A stretch of 64,000 nt of DNA from Marsupella aquatica (lineage: Eukaryota > Plantae > Marchantiophyta), in the NCBI GenBank assembly GCA_973895155.1, contig OZ316894.1:9771440-9835439 (forward strand). The letters run 5' to 3'. Positions 15,590-28,886 of the stretch are shown here, in pieces. Within the stretch, counting starts at the first letter, position 1, and every line of letters begins with the position of its first letter. Below the pieces are notes generated by a model. That model saw only the letters and a list, made by a program, of their open reading frames with translations, did no database searches and had not been told where the DNA came from. The position numbers and the translations under genes are program-made.

Positions 15590-16890
15590 GTGTAACGTTG
15601 CCATAGTCTGCCTGGTGGCAAGTGGATACAAGCTGTAAGAATAAGGTAGGTAGGGTGTAATCTGGATGTAAACAGGATACTAATTACATGTAAATTAGAG
15701 GCAAACCCAAGGGTCCGGACACAGCCTGGTCAACCTTTCCATAATCTGTCTGGTGCAAGGTGGGAATGTATTAGGATGACCAATGTCTGGGCGGGGGTTA
15801 CAAGGCTATAACCCTGCGTCCGGATGTGAGAATTAGGTGACCATCGGCAGTTGGGAAGTGTTCCCATTCATACATTCAGGTAGCAAGGGCAAAGTCTAGA
15901 AGCCTGTCCTGACCTTGGTTAATGTACATAAATCCTGTCCGGAAAAAGATTACCCCAAGGTGTATTTGTGGCACTAGATTATCAGAAAAGGTCTGAGGTT
16001 CTAAAAATGGTTACCCACCTGATAACCTTAATTCTGTACAGAATTATGGGCTGTAAATTGAAGGAAAACTTGGTATAATATGGGTGTAAACAGTATATTA
16101 ATTATGTGTAGACTACAAGCCAGCCAAGAGACTGAACGCAGCCAAGTGTAACCTGCCATAATCAATCTGGCGCCAGGTGGAAACAATCTGTAACTGGTAA
16201 AAGGCTGTAACTGGGTGTAACAGGATTTTAATTACATGTAAATTAGAAGCCAGCCAAGTGTCCAGACACAGCCAGGGGGGTGTAACCTTGCCATCATGTG
16301 TCTAGCGCCAGGTGAAAGTGGGCTCTTAAAATAAGGTAAAAATGGTGTAATCTGGGTGCAAACAGGATATTAATAACATGTAAATTGGAAGCCAGCCAGG
16401 AGTCCAAACGCAGTTGGGCTGTAATATAAGGTAAACATGGTGTAATCTGGGTGGAAACAGGATATTAATGATATGTAAACTAGAAGCCAGCCAAGAGTCC
16501 AAACGCAGCTGGGCCGTTAAAATAAGGTAAACATGATGTAATCATGGTATAAAAAGGAGATTAATTATGTCTAAACTCAAGCCAGCCAAGGGTTCGAACG
16601 CAGCTGGGCCTTTATCCTAACCAGAAGGCGAAGTTACCACTGATAGTATATTTCATGTAAGCAAGTTCCGGAATAACATCTTTTGAATAAAATCCCGTTA
16701 AAAAGGAGAAACCAATTAAGGATAAGCTACCTATAAGCATCATAGCATAGGTAAAAGGTAACAAGGAAGCAAGCCCTCCCATCTTAATATAAGGTAAATG
16801 TGGTGTAATCTAGGTGTAAACAGGAGATTAATTACGTGTAATTTAGAAGCTAGCCAAGGGTCCGACTGTAACCTGCCGTAATCCGCCTGG
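15590..16890. repeat. Array of degenerate ~90-150-bp repeats directly upstream of beta-COP
   Basis: Recurring AATAAGGTAAA..GGTGTAATCTGGGTGTAAACAGGATATTAATTACATGTAAATTAGAAGCCAGCCAAG near 15640, 16070, 16200, 16330, 16420, 16520 and 16790; partial copy near 15140. Confidence 0.8.
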
Positions 16891-17204
16891 CCAGACAGAC
16901 CTCCGCGTCTCGGTCCATCGGTCGATCGATGGATCGACCGACCATGGAGCCCTCGTCCTCCTTCTGTGCTTTTCCTCCCCTGTTCCCTCGTGCTTTCTTC
17001 CTCGGGAGGAGGACGACCAGCTTCGAGCAGAATTGGGCGGAGGGTGTAGGGATCCCGCTTGGTGGTCGCTGGAGTAGACGTTCAAAGCGAAGAAGCTCGA
17101 GCAGGATTAGGATTTCACGAAGTTAGAACGTAGCTGGAGTGTTTGTGAGGATTTTGACAGGGAGTGAGGTCGAGAAAAGCGAGGGCAGCTTGCGAGGAGG
17201 CGCG

Positions 17205-20200
17205 ATGGAGAAAACTTGCACTCTGCTGGTGCACTTCGACAAGGGAACGCCGGCATTAGCGAACGAAATTAAGGAATGGCTGGAAGGGAGCGACACGGGG
17301 AAGAAGGTGGAGGCCATGAAGAAGGCGGTGATGTTGCTGCTCAATGGGGAGACTCTGCCGCAGCTCTTCATCACGATTGTGCGGTACGTGCTCCCGTCGA
17401 CGGATCATACGATCCAGAAGCTGCTCTTGCTTTACCTTGAGATCATTGATAAGACAGACGCGCAGGGGAAGATACTCCCGGAGATGATCCTGATCTGCCA
17501 GAATCTGAGGAACAACTTGCAGCATCCTAATGAGTACATCCGAGGTGCGACCTTACGGTTCCTGGCTAGGTTGAACGAGGCTGAGCTCATCGAGCCCTTG
17601 ATTCCTTCGATCTTATCAAATTTGGAACACCGGCACGCGTTCGTGAGGCGGAATGCTATATTGGCAATGACGGCCATTTACAAGCTGCCTCAGGGAGAGC
17701 ACATGCTCGTGGATGCCCCAGAGATGATAGAGAAGTCTCTGTCAGCTGAGCAAGATCTGTCGTCGAGGCGAAATGCGTTCCTGATGCTTTACCAATGCGC
17801 ACAGGACAGGGCCGTCAGCTACCTTCTGAGCCATCTCGAGAGCGTGGCCGGATGGGGGGACATTTTGCAAATGGTGGTTCTAGAGCTAGTCAGGAAGGTG
17901 TGCCGGACGAACCCTGCAGAAAAAGGGAAATACATCAAGATTATTATTTCTCTGCTCAACTCTCCGTCCCCCTCGGTCATGTACGAATGTGCTGGGACTT
18001 TGGTGTCTCTCTCATCGGCCCCCACAGCTATCAGAGCTGCTGCCAACACTTACTGCCAGTTGCTGCTTTCTCAAAGTGACAACAATGTGAAGCTCATAGT
18101 CCTGGATCGGTTGCAGGAGCTTAAGGTATCCCACAGGGAGGTTATGGTTGAGATGATTATGGATGTTCTGAGAGCCCTGTCGAGTCCCAATCTCGACATC
18201 AGGCGCAAAACGCTTGACATTGCCCTAGATCTGATCACCCCAAGGAACATTGATGAAGTGGTAATGACACTGAAGAAAGAAGTTGTGAAAACCCAGAGCA
18301 AGGAGCTCGAAAAGAATGGAGAATATCGTCAAATGCTCGTTCAGGCAATACATTCATGCGCTCTGAAGTTCCCCGAGGTGGCCAGCACTGTCGTGCATTT
18401 GTTGATGGATTTCTTGGGAGACTCCAACACCGCCTCCGCTGTGGATGTGGTTTTCTTCGTGAGGGAGATTATAGAGACAAACCCAAAGCTTCGAGAGTCA
18501 ATTATTGCGAGGCTTCTTGACACATTCTATCAGATCCGGTCTTCAAAGGTATGCACTTGTGCCCTATGGATCATTGGGGAGTACTGCCTGTCTTTGACAG
18601 AAGTGGAGGGTGGAATTTCGACCATTCAACAATCACTCGGCGAGCTTCCATTTTTCACAGTTGCTGAGGAAGGGGACTCGACTGAACAAGCAAGCGGTAA
18701 GAGCTCTACCACCCAGGGCTCTGCTCACCCACCGGCCGTGTCCTCTGCCTCATCTAAGCGGCCAGCTGTTCTCGCGGATGGAACTTATGCCAGTCAGAGT
18801 GCTGCTGCCGAGATCGCTGTTTCAGCACCCCTAAGTTCAGGTGCAACTGGAGCTACTGCCAATCTTAGAGCGATTGTATTAACCGGGGATTTCTTTCTGG
18901 GGGCCGTGATTGCCACCACATTGACAAAGCTGACGTTGCGGCTGTCTGAAGTGCAGCATCAAAAGACCGTTGTGAACAAGACTTCTGCAGAAGTTCTTCT
19001 CATTTTAGTGTCGATTCTTAGGTTAGGACAGTCTTCTGTCCTTCCTCACCCAATTGATGACGATTCTTACGATAGAATCACTCTCTGCGTCCGAATTCTG
19101 TCTAGCCCTGATGATGTCATGCGAACTGTGTGGCTTAAGTATTGTCGTGAGAGCTTTGTGAAGATGATCACAGAGAAACAGCACCGTGAGACAGAGGAGA
19201 GTAAGGCCAAAGCGCAGGTGAGTAATGCGCAGCCAGATGATCTCATCGACTTCCATCACTTAAAGAGCAGGAAGGTGAGCTACTCTGAACCGATTCCATC
19301 ATACACTTGGATGCTCTTGAACTTATCCCTCTATTTAAGTCTTGGACAATAAAAAAATTGGTAAGTTGGGCAGTGTGTTCAGCCGAATGCAATTATCTTC
19401 ATGGGATTAATGAAACGACGGGACCTTGAGGTTTTCTTTCATCGAGGTTGAAATTCCCAGTATGAGTTTGCAAGCCTAATGAATGTCTGGCGTGCATATC
19501 TAGGGAATGAGCCAATTGGAGTTGGAGGATGAGGTGCAGAATGACCTGAAGCGAGCTACTGGTGAGTTCACCAAAGATAGCGACAACACACGGAAGCTCA
19601 ATAGAGTACTTCAGCTTACTGGGTTTAGTGATCCGGTTTATGCTGAAGCTTACGTTACTGTTCATCAGTACGACATCGTCCTTGATGTCACTGTTGTCAA
19701 TCGCACCAATGAGACACTACAGAACTTGTGCCTTGAATTGGCCACAATGGGGGATTTGAAGCTAGTTGAACGGCCTCAGAACTACACGCTGGCTCCGGAG
19801 GCTAGCAAGCAGATTAGGGCAAATATAAAGGTTTCATCCACAGAAACTGGAGTTATATTCGGTAACATTGTTTATGAAACGACAAGTGTATTGGATCGCA
19901 ATGTGGTGGTGTTAAACGACATCCATATTGATATTATGGACTATATCTCTCCGGCTTCATGCCCGGATGTTTCTTTCAGAAATATGTGGGCTGAGTTCGA
20001 GTGGGAGAACAAGGTAACTATTTTCCTTAAGTCTGAAATTAGTTCTTTTACAGGTTCAGCTCGTGTTCAAGGTTTTGTGCTGGAGACCCTTGGTCTCAAA
20101 TCACAGTCGTCAACTGTTTTTGAGAGAGGGTTGTATGTCCTCGAAATCTTCAAGGCACTGTTTCAGAGGTTTGGAATATGTTCCGGAATTTGCCCAATAT

Positions 20201-20851
20201 GGATATTGGTTAATTTGCACAGTAAATGGTTGTCACAAAAATCATTAGTTCTAGAGTTCTCTAACGTGCTTTTCTTGTTTTGTTGTTGTCTAGGTGGCTG
20301 TCAATACATCAATTCAAGATGTAACAGAGTTTTTGAATCACATCGTAGCGTCGACCAACATGAAGTGTCTGACCCCTCTGTAAGTCTCTGGTCCCAGCCC
20401 TTGTGTGGTAGTTTAGTGGCACCTGGATTTTATGGTTTATGGCTGCAAAGCGAAATTCACGATCAGCTACTCAATCTCAATATGATCTTGATGCATGTTT
20501 TCCTCTGATGCATATGACCATGTGGTTGGCACGTTGATAACTCGGGAAGACGTTGCTGATCTTGTCTGGAACACGTTTTGTCTGTATAGTTTTGTCGTGA
20601 TCATGTTGGGATGCTTACAAGATCTGGAGACCGTTGCTTCTTATGAGTGCAGGTCTGCATTGGATGGCGAATGTGGATTCCTTGCAGCAAACCTTTATGC
20701 AAAGAGTGTGTTTGGAGAGGATGCTCTTGTCAATGTTAGTGTAGAGAAGCAACCAGATGGCAAGCTTAGTGGTTATATTCGCATTCGCAGCAAGACCCAG
20801 GGAATTGCTCTCAGTCTGGGTGACAAGATCACCCTCAAGCAAAAGGGCTAA
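17205..20851 (+). CDS. COPB1: Coatomer subunit beta (beta-COP); exons 17205-19274, 19504-20013, 20294-20379, 20653-20851
   Basis: [14 protein letters not shown] start, [58 protein letters not shown]|[36 protein letters not shown]. All three introns are GT..AG and phase-compatible. Confidence 0.97.
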
Positions 20852-23834
20852 TTTTGATATCCGAGGGTTTATTTGTGGTACCTGTTGGCAGGAATTAGTC
20901 AGTAGTGGTTTATTCTCTTTAAGGACAGCTTTCACTTGGCCAGGTCCTCTTTTTGATTCCACTAAAATGAGAGTCCATTATGGATAGGAGCAGGTGGAAG
21001 AATCACTCTCCCTGGTTTCGATTGTATGATCTTACTTCCTTTATCCATTCAAATGAGGTTCCTTCTTGTACTTAACTGGAGTAGGCTTAATTTTTTTGAC
21101 AGAACTCTGATTATTGATTCACCAATAAAGCTCATTAGATAAGTTGACACAGGGTGTACACTGGCGTGTTTGCATTCCGTGTTTGGATCTTGTAATTGAC
21201 GTGTTGATGGATCTAGGGCCAGGAAGTCGTTTTACGCTAAATCGTCGGACTTGATTACCCAAGATTCAGTTTGCAATGTCCACTTAATTCGCGCGATCAC
21301 TAGCAGATCACTGTTTTGTTTGTGTGATGATTGTGTAGCGAGGACCACTGAATTGCCGTTCGTTGAATGTAAAATCGAATTCTTGAATGTACGTTGATGT
21401 TGCACAGACACCGTCCGTAGCCATTTCAGAATCTGCAGGGCATGTGCTATTCAAACTGCACAGACAAGTCAATGTGACAGCTAGTATCTCTAACAAAAAC
21501 TAGCTGGATTCGTAAGTGAAGCTAGTAGTAGAGGGCTTATGATTCGTATCGATATGGCACTTACGAGTTGCATTATCAAAGTGCTGTAGATCGTACAGTT
21601 CTAGATTAGGTTTTACGAGAGAGAATGTCAGATTGATAGATTGGTGGGAATTGAGAAGTTGATGGGTGTACAAGAGAGATCATGGAGACTAGGTGACCTG
21701 GAGCTGGTTTCTGAGACTAAGCGCTCCTTAAGTACTGAATATCCTCTTTGATGTCAATGGAGAGATTAGAGAAAATGAATCGAACTCTGCCACAAGCGAA
21801 CAGTACAATTTCTCATCTCAAAAACGAGTGTTCACGTGCTCTTATCGCCGGAGAGCTCCATTGTCACCTGATCCTATGACCCTTACCTTCCGATATACTT
21901 GGGAGTCACCTCATGCTGCGCAAGATTTCCAGAGACGAGAGGGTTCTTGTTGCTAATGCTGTGTAATTGCTGTGCAGGATTTTCAGATACTGCGAGGGTT
22001 CTTGTTGATGATGTTGTGTCATTGTCTGTGACTTGCAATCAGCTCGTTTGTCTATCGTTAAGGACAAACTACTATTGTGAGGTGTAATTGCATGAATTTA
22101 CACTTCATATGATTGGAGCTCAAACATTTCCGAGTTTTCTGGATTTTCTAATTCTGAAGCATAGTTATTGTAGCACCCGAGTTAGGTGGCTTGGTACGAG
22201 TGGCTTGGTAAGAGTTGGCTTATTGGGTTATTCATCATTCACGAACCGGGCAACGGAGAGAGCTTGTAGCAGTGTGTGTTCTGTTAACTTTCAGGGTGGT
22301 CAGTAAGATGAACTGTGACTTGGAAATGTAGGGTATATTCAGTCTTTCATATTCTTGTAGCCCTAGATGCTAGAAGGTATTAATGATGGAGATCAGGTTG
22401 CACAGTGACAGATTACCTTGCCTTCCACGATTCAGCCACCTGGATTAAAAGCTCGACAGGCAATGAAAGTCGATGGTGATTTTAGTGGTTCGTTACTCTT
22501 CTCAACAATAAACAGGGGAAGGCCTTTGGGGTTCATTACTGGTCTAAACAACAAACAGGGGATGGCGGTCCAATTCGATGTGAAGTTATCACGGGTAGAA
22601 TTGTTTGAGTCTGTTCTCACCCTTCGAAATGCAGTAAATTAGTTCATTTAACTTTATCTTGACCGACTAACGAGGACAACCAAAAAAGTCAATTCTGGTA
22701 TTGAGTGATTACGAGTCTGGAAGCTATCATGTGGCAGTCATGAACCGATTCTATGTAGAATTTAGTTGGCTCCAACTTTAAAGATGAAAAGCTAAAACCA
22801 GTGAATGAGGGCTCGTTACTAAAGGTGATACATGACCAGAGTCACCAGAGTGCGAAGGAAGATTTATGTTCATCAGCTCTTGAGACGGAGGTAGTACCAA
22901 GTTCCCTGCTCTTGTTCAATGTGTTCTTGGTTCCTGGTAAAAGTAAGAATCTTTTAATTGTGTAGTTGTTAGAGTAGTTTTATGCCAGGAAAGACATTTT
23001 AATTCCCCTTCAGCCCAAATATTCAAGTCTCAAGATGTAGTTTTGGGACAGTCATAGAGTTCCTGTCCTTGGAGTGCAACCAATGAAAGGGTGTCAAATA
23101 TCAAATGACCAATTTTGCGATTTAAGGCTCCAACAGGATAGAAGGTCTAGAGACATTGTGAGTAGACAGGACTAGGGGTTCTTGTTAAGGACCTGGCCAG
23201 TAACTGGTCCAGGTACCAACGACAAGAAATGTAGAATTCCCAGAAAAATCCACATCGCCTTAGCTCCAAGCATTCAGATCAGTTGAAACACTTGTTTATG
23301 TCTTACAGGTAGTCCCTGTGGCAGTAGCACCTTGGGTGCTGCAAGTGGTGGCGACCTGAGTCATCTCTTGTTTTGGCGAGCTAGAGTTACCATCCATCAG
23401 GACCAGGTGGTGACTAGAAAACAAGTGTTCTCAGAAGACTTGGTGACTTGAAAAGGAGCAGTGCAAAAAGAACTGGAGATGTAACACCTAGTCCCTGTTG
23501 TTCACATTTTGAAACCTGCTTACCTCAATGAAGTGGTAATAAGCCAGGTACTGCATATTGGTTGTGAAAACGGGAGGATCAGTAGTGAGCCCCATACTTT
23601 CATTTTCCCCCAAAAATAGAGGCAAGCTTTCCACATTGAGGTTGTGGTTCGTTCTAGTGAACTGATTTTTCTTCATACTTCTAGTCAACTTACTTTGAGA
23701 ATGATTCATAAGCACGTCAGTGACAGCCGAGTCCTAACTTTGATTGACTTGGCAAGAGGAACATGTGCCTGGGCAAAACCCAACAGCTGTCATCCCTTTC
23801 CCAATATTCTGAAATTGTGGCACTCCTTTTGGAT

Positions 23835-24791
23835 CCCGGTTTGAGCTGTCGGACAACTTGTCGTGTTGTCGGACACGACAACTTGTCATTTGTCGCCCGA
23901 AAATGACCCTATTTGTCGCATATTCCTTCTTATGCCCCGGTCCGGCCCCGGCCCGGTCCGGCCCATTCCCTCCCCGACTCTTCCCGGCCCCTTCCATTCC
24001 CGGCTCGGTCCGGCACCCGGCTCGGCCCGGCCCCGCATCCCGCCCGGCCCCGCACCCGGCCCGGCCTCACAAACACTAGGTGAGGGCGGGCCGAGTGCGG
24101 GGCCGGGCGGGATGCGGGACCGGGCCGGGAAGGGGCAGGGCCGGGAAGGGAAGGGGCAGGGCCGGGAATGGAAGGGGCCGGGCCGGGAAGGGGCAGGGCC
24201 AGGAATGGAAGGGGCCGGGAATGGGAGGGGCCGGGCCGGGCCGGGAAGGGACCGGGCCGGGAAGGGGAAGGGACCGGGCGGGATATACACAGGGAAGGGG
24301 CAGGGCCGGGAAGGGGCAGGGCCGGGAATGGAAGGGGCCGGGAAGGGACCGGGCCGGGAAGGGACCGGGCGGGATATACACAGGGAAGGGCAGGGCCGGG
24401 AAGGGGCAGGGCCGGGAATGGAAGGGGCCAGGCCGGGAAGGGGCAGGGCCGGGAATGGAACGGGCCGGGAAGGGGCAGGGCCGGGAAGGGAAGGGGCCGG
24501 GCCGGGAAGGGAAGGGGCCGGGCCGGGAAGGGACCGGGCTGGGAAGGGGAAGGGACCCGGCCACATATACACAGGCCGGGAGAGGGGTGCCGATTCCAAA
24601 TACACGAGCCGGGCCGGGATTTTCTGGTCGCGGCGGGCCGGGCCGGGACGGAACCGGGTAACATTCCGGGGATAGTAGCCGGGCCGGGAATTACCGGCTG
24701 GGAGCCGGACCGGGGACCGGGGTGGACCGGGTGACAACTTGTCGGTTGTCGAGTCCAAAGGCCTCTATTTGTCGGACAAGTCCAAACCGGG
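23835..24791. mobile_element. Non-autonomous TIR DNA transposon, very GC-rich, 8-bp TSD (hAT-like TSD length)
   Basis: TTTTGGAT at 23827-23834 and 24792-24799. Ends CCCGGTTTG.. / ..CAAACCGGG with subterminal GACAACTTGTC palindromes. Interior of GGGCCGGGAAGGG repeats, with a C-rich arm at ~23935-24065 and a G-rich arm at ~24080-24730. Confidence 0.85.
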
Positions 24792-25084
24792 TTTTGGATG
24801 GTCTGGAGGTAGACTTCGTCGCCCTACGAAACACACAAGCAACAACCCAACACCCGGGAATCAACCCTGGTTCTTAATACAAAACAATCTAAAAAACAAA
24901 ACATAGCAAACACAGGGCTATGGTCCCACTACGGTATGGACCTGCACCACTTTGTCACAACTCTTGTTTTTGCTATGTACATTTCTCATAAGTTTCCAAT
25001 CCGATAAGGAATGAATGGGCTTTTCCCTCCCACCCTTTACTTGCATCCAGTTGCACGGCCGGGTATCCTGGGCAGAATCCCCCA

Positions 25085-25336
25085 CACACACACACATAAA
25101 TAAACAAATAAATAAATAACAAGACATGACTTCTTCTGGAAAAGTGACCCTGCCTCAGAAGTATATTTCGATCCAGGCTTCTTTATAGCACTGAGAACTA
25201 GCATCAAAGTACAGACACATATAGATAAATAAATAAATAAATAACAACACAGGACTTTGTCTGGAAAAGTGACCTGGCTCAGAAGTATATTTTGACCCAG
25301 GCTTCTTTACAGCATTGAGAACTAGCATCAAAGTAC
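25085..25336. repeat. ~125-bp imperfect tandem duplication with AAAT microsatellite
   Basis: (AAAT)n..TCTGGAAAAGTGACC..CTCAGAAGTATATTT..TGAGAACTAGCATCAAAGTAC occurs twice. Confidence 0.8.
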
Positions 25337-25929
25337 CATAGCCGTACCTTGTTTTAACTTGCTTCCAGACTCTTGCGGGTGGCCATAAAAAAGGCAGATT
25401 GAAATGAAAATACATGACACAAAAATCTGAATAAGACAAAATCTGAAATATGCATTCACCATACAGTAGTTCAAAAATTATAGTGACAACAGATGACAAT
25501 GTTTTCTGAGCATTTGCTTCATACAAAGTTTTTCAGGATATTGTGTGAGGAATTTCCTCCCCATTCCAAACTACCCCCATAGTTTTCTAGCCCACCATTT
25601 TACAATCCATCACATTTTTGCTGGGGCCCCAAAAGCACTTATTTGATTATTTTTTGAGCTAACCTAGTTACCACTCTTGTACCTGACTTTACCATTAAAG
25701 AATATGGAGTCTTTTGAGGCAAACATGGGGAGGGCCCACATGACAATCGTGCAAGACAGGACAATCGTGCATACAGCAGCGCCAGATCATGCTACATACA
25801 TCCAGGACAGGACATACCATGCAAGAGCATCGTGTTCATTTACAGTCTCCTTTCCCACCTTATGTGTAAGCTGGCCCTTCAAGTAACCTATGTCATAAAC
25901 AAGTCCTGGAGAAGGGGAAAGAGAAGGGC

Positions 25930-26715
25930 GTGTTTCAAGTCTTGTTTACACCATTGAACCATTTCAGGCTAGTGCTTCCATCTAGGCAACTTATTCAAAG
26001 TATTCCTTGGTCACACCCAGTGTAATTTTTAAGGTTTTTCCTTTTTTGCCAGAGTGGTGAACGTAAGAGTTTGTGAAAGAGAAGATGCTAAATAATATTC
26101 TTTATCTGCTTTTCCTGAATTATTTTCTGACAGTTAGATCTCCCTAAAATTAAGGATGCTCGTTGAGATTCTGGCTAAGCGGGCCTGTGACAAGGGGGAA
26201 ACTGGCTAAGAAAACACAGAAAACCAAATAAGTTTTTGCCAGAAGTGAAAACTATTTGGAGAGATGGAATATAGCAAATTTTTGCCACTAATTAAAATCA
26301 CGGGTTACTCCCTCTTTATTACCTTTGGTACCATGTGTCCTGTAAGGGGCTTTTTCTTCTTTTGCACTGTTATATATTTGGGCGGTCATGGTGCTGTTGG
26401 CTGCCCCAAAAGCCAAGCACACAGTCACTTGAAACAAGTCACGACTGACTCATCAAGTTTCAGGTCTTGTTTACACTATTGAACCATTCAGACTAGTCCT
26501 TCCATCTTCTGTTTCGTGGGAAATTACTCATAGCTTTCCTTGGTCACATCCTCTTTATTACCGTGGCGATCATGTCTCCTGTAAGACCCTTTTTATTGTT
26601 TTGCACTGTCTGTTATATATTTTTGGGATTTGGGATAGTCATGGTACTGAATTAGCTGTCCCCAAAGCCAAGCACACACTTGAAACAAGGCACAAGTGAC
26701 CCATCAAGTCAAACC
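25930..26715. repeat. Diverged local direct repeats
   Basis: TCTTGTTTACAC.ATTGAACCATT at ~25939 and ~26465. CTCTTTATTACC..CATGT..CCTGTAAG..TTTTGCACTGT..CCCCAAAGCCAAGCACA..CACTTGAAACAAG at ~26312-26440 and ~26550-26690. Confidence 0.65.
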
Positions 26716-28117
26716 CCATTCCCTGACGTCTGGGTGGGTGGCACTTTGGGCCGCTATGTGTTCTGGTCCCTTGGCTTTGTTGTCTTTGTGCCCGGCTGGT
26801 TTTTTGCTGCGGCAGCCTTGAAATACACCAGGCACACTTACACCTTTTACCGGTGTTCAATAGAAAGGCCAGCATATAATAAAAATTAGAAGAAAAGACA
26901 ACTGACCAATCAATCTTCTATTGGCAATGGTGAGTACGTGGAGTTGTGGACCCAAGTCTGTGACATAATCGGGCTGGCTTACACATGCATCACTAGTCAG
27001 CCATCCAGCTGTGCAGAATCAATATCCAGTACACCCTCATGTGGCACCAAAATGAATCTGATGGGCGTGACCAGAACGATATGGTCTAATTATACTCATT
27101 TAATTTACTTTTAAAGAAGATCCTTGACAACTTTCTCTTCAACTGCTCCAAAAGAAAACCTTAGTTTATCTCAAGTATGTTAAATTGAGACGTCTATTTG
27201 CCTTGTCAGTTTATTAATTTATGTGAATAAACCTTCAAGCTGCCTACAGAGGACATCGGTTTTTGCCTATCCTCCCATATGTGGGCATCTAGGCAGCCTC
27301 CACTTCTATACCAGCTTTACTTGGCAGAGTAGGGTTTGGTTTATATTCGGCTTCAGTCTGTTTTAGGTCCTTCTAGTGCTTTTGGGATCTTTCCTTGTGG
27401 CTCTTGTTACTCTTCCCTTTTTGGGTCTTTGCGCCTAAGGGACCTTGTTTCCTAATTTGGTGCTTTCTATTCTTTAATCTGGCATTGTGATATATGATTG
27501 TGTGCAATCCCACTTGTAGTCCATTATTCTACACACTCAATTGGGTTGCTGACAAGTAATGACCTGGTGCAGGAAACAAATCAGCATAATCATTATTTTT
27601 AGTTGTTATGAAATAGAAAGGCCCATGATTATATCCAAACTGGCCCTCTTCTTGGGAAATAATTTTAATCTTTTCTACGATAATTATGTGCTTCATGATC
27701 CTACGAGGCAGCCTGCCCAGGTGGAGACAGTTTCCTGCTGAAGAAACCCTTAATCACTCAGCCATACAGTACTTACTCATCCTTCCTTTTGTGGGGAAAA
27801 TTGAGCTTGACCCCGTGTCAGCAGGATTTTTGCCAACTGAAGGATATTTCCAATGTTGCCACACAGGCTCCTGACACCCTGCAAAATCTATCTACTAGGT
27901 TTTGGTGCCAGGCCTTTCCTGCCAGCTATCTACTTGCTCGACTGTTGGGTCTTCCAAGAAATTCGGAGAACCTTTAGATCTGTTAGGGTTTTGACTCAAC
28001 CTTGGCTAGGTTAACTAGAGTAAGTTAACCGGAGTTACTTAACATTAGTTGACTAGACTCTTCATGAAGGGATAACCCTCTTTGTATCCCATGGAGAGAG
28101 AGCACTTAGTGGAGAAC

Positions 28118-28120
<3 letters not shown>

Positions 28121-28149
<29 letters not shown>
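28121..28149. repeat. (GA)n microsatellite
   Basis: Direct reading; a second (GA)n tract lies at 38821-38847. Confidence 0.95.
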
Positions 28150-28152
<3 letters not shown>

Positions 28153-28886
28153 CATTTCCATATACATAGATAACACCCTGCAATAGGTCTTATTTGTTCA
28201 CATGTTCGCTCTTCCATTGATTTGCAATGCAACCACATGAGTATACAGATACATATGAACATAGATATATTGACGCCATATGAACAATTTGGTTATCAAG
28301 CCTTTAGTAAAAACATTGACATAGGATTTCACATATGATAGCTATCAATATAGTTAAAGAACGTAAATTTCCTTTGTGACAGTAAAAGATTGCCCTTGCT
28401 TACAGGTTAGAATGCTTAGCTACGCTATTACCCAGGTGACACTACTTTGTGACTGGGTCTCTACTGGGTGATAGTATTACTCTGATTCTGTGTCCACAGC
28501 ATTCAACATATGCCATAATCCCTCTCCAGGAATAGACGGGCGATATCTATTCACACCTCCAGTGTCTTTGTTCAACCCCCGCCACTGGAGTGAGATCGTA
28601 TTTCAATCATATGATTTCGCGTCCCATGTTTCTGCAGCAATGTCTAGACGGCTGCGGGGAGACATGGGTCGGAAAGAGGCAAGCCACCACAGTTGTCTAT
28701 TTATTCTAAATTGTCATTTGTTCATACAGAGGCAACATTCAGACATCCAAGTAATTTTGCACAAACATTCTAGATATGCAGCTATGTGTCTACGATGTAG
28801 CACCTGAAGTGGTTGAGAGCTCATTGTGAGCACGAGCGATTGTCAGCTGGATGTTGGTGATTCAGTTGCTCGCTGCACGTTCTCCT

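Noticed and set aside
23858-24758. Long Pro/Gly/Arg-rich ORFs in six frames
   Set aside because: Artefact of stop-free GC-rich repeats inside a TIR element.
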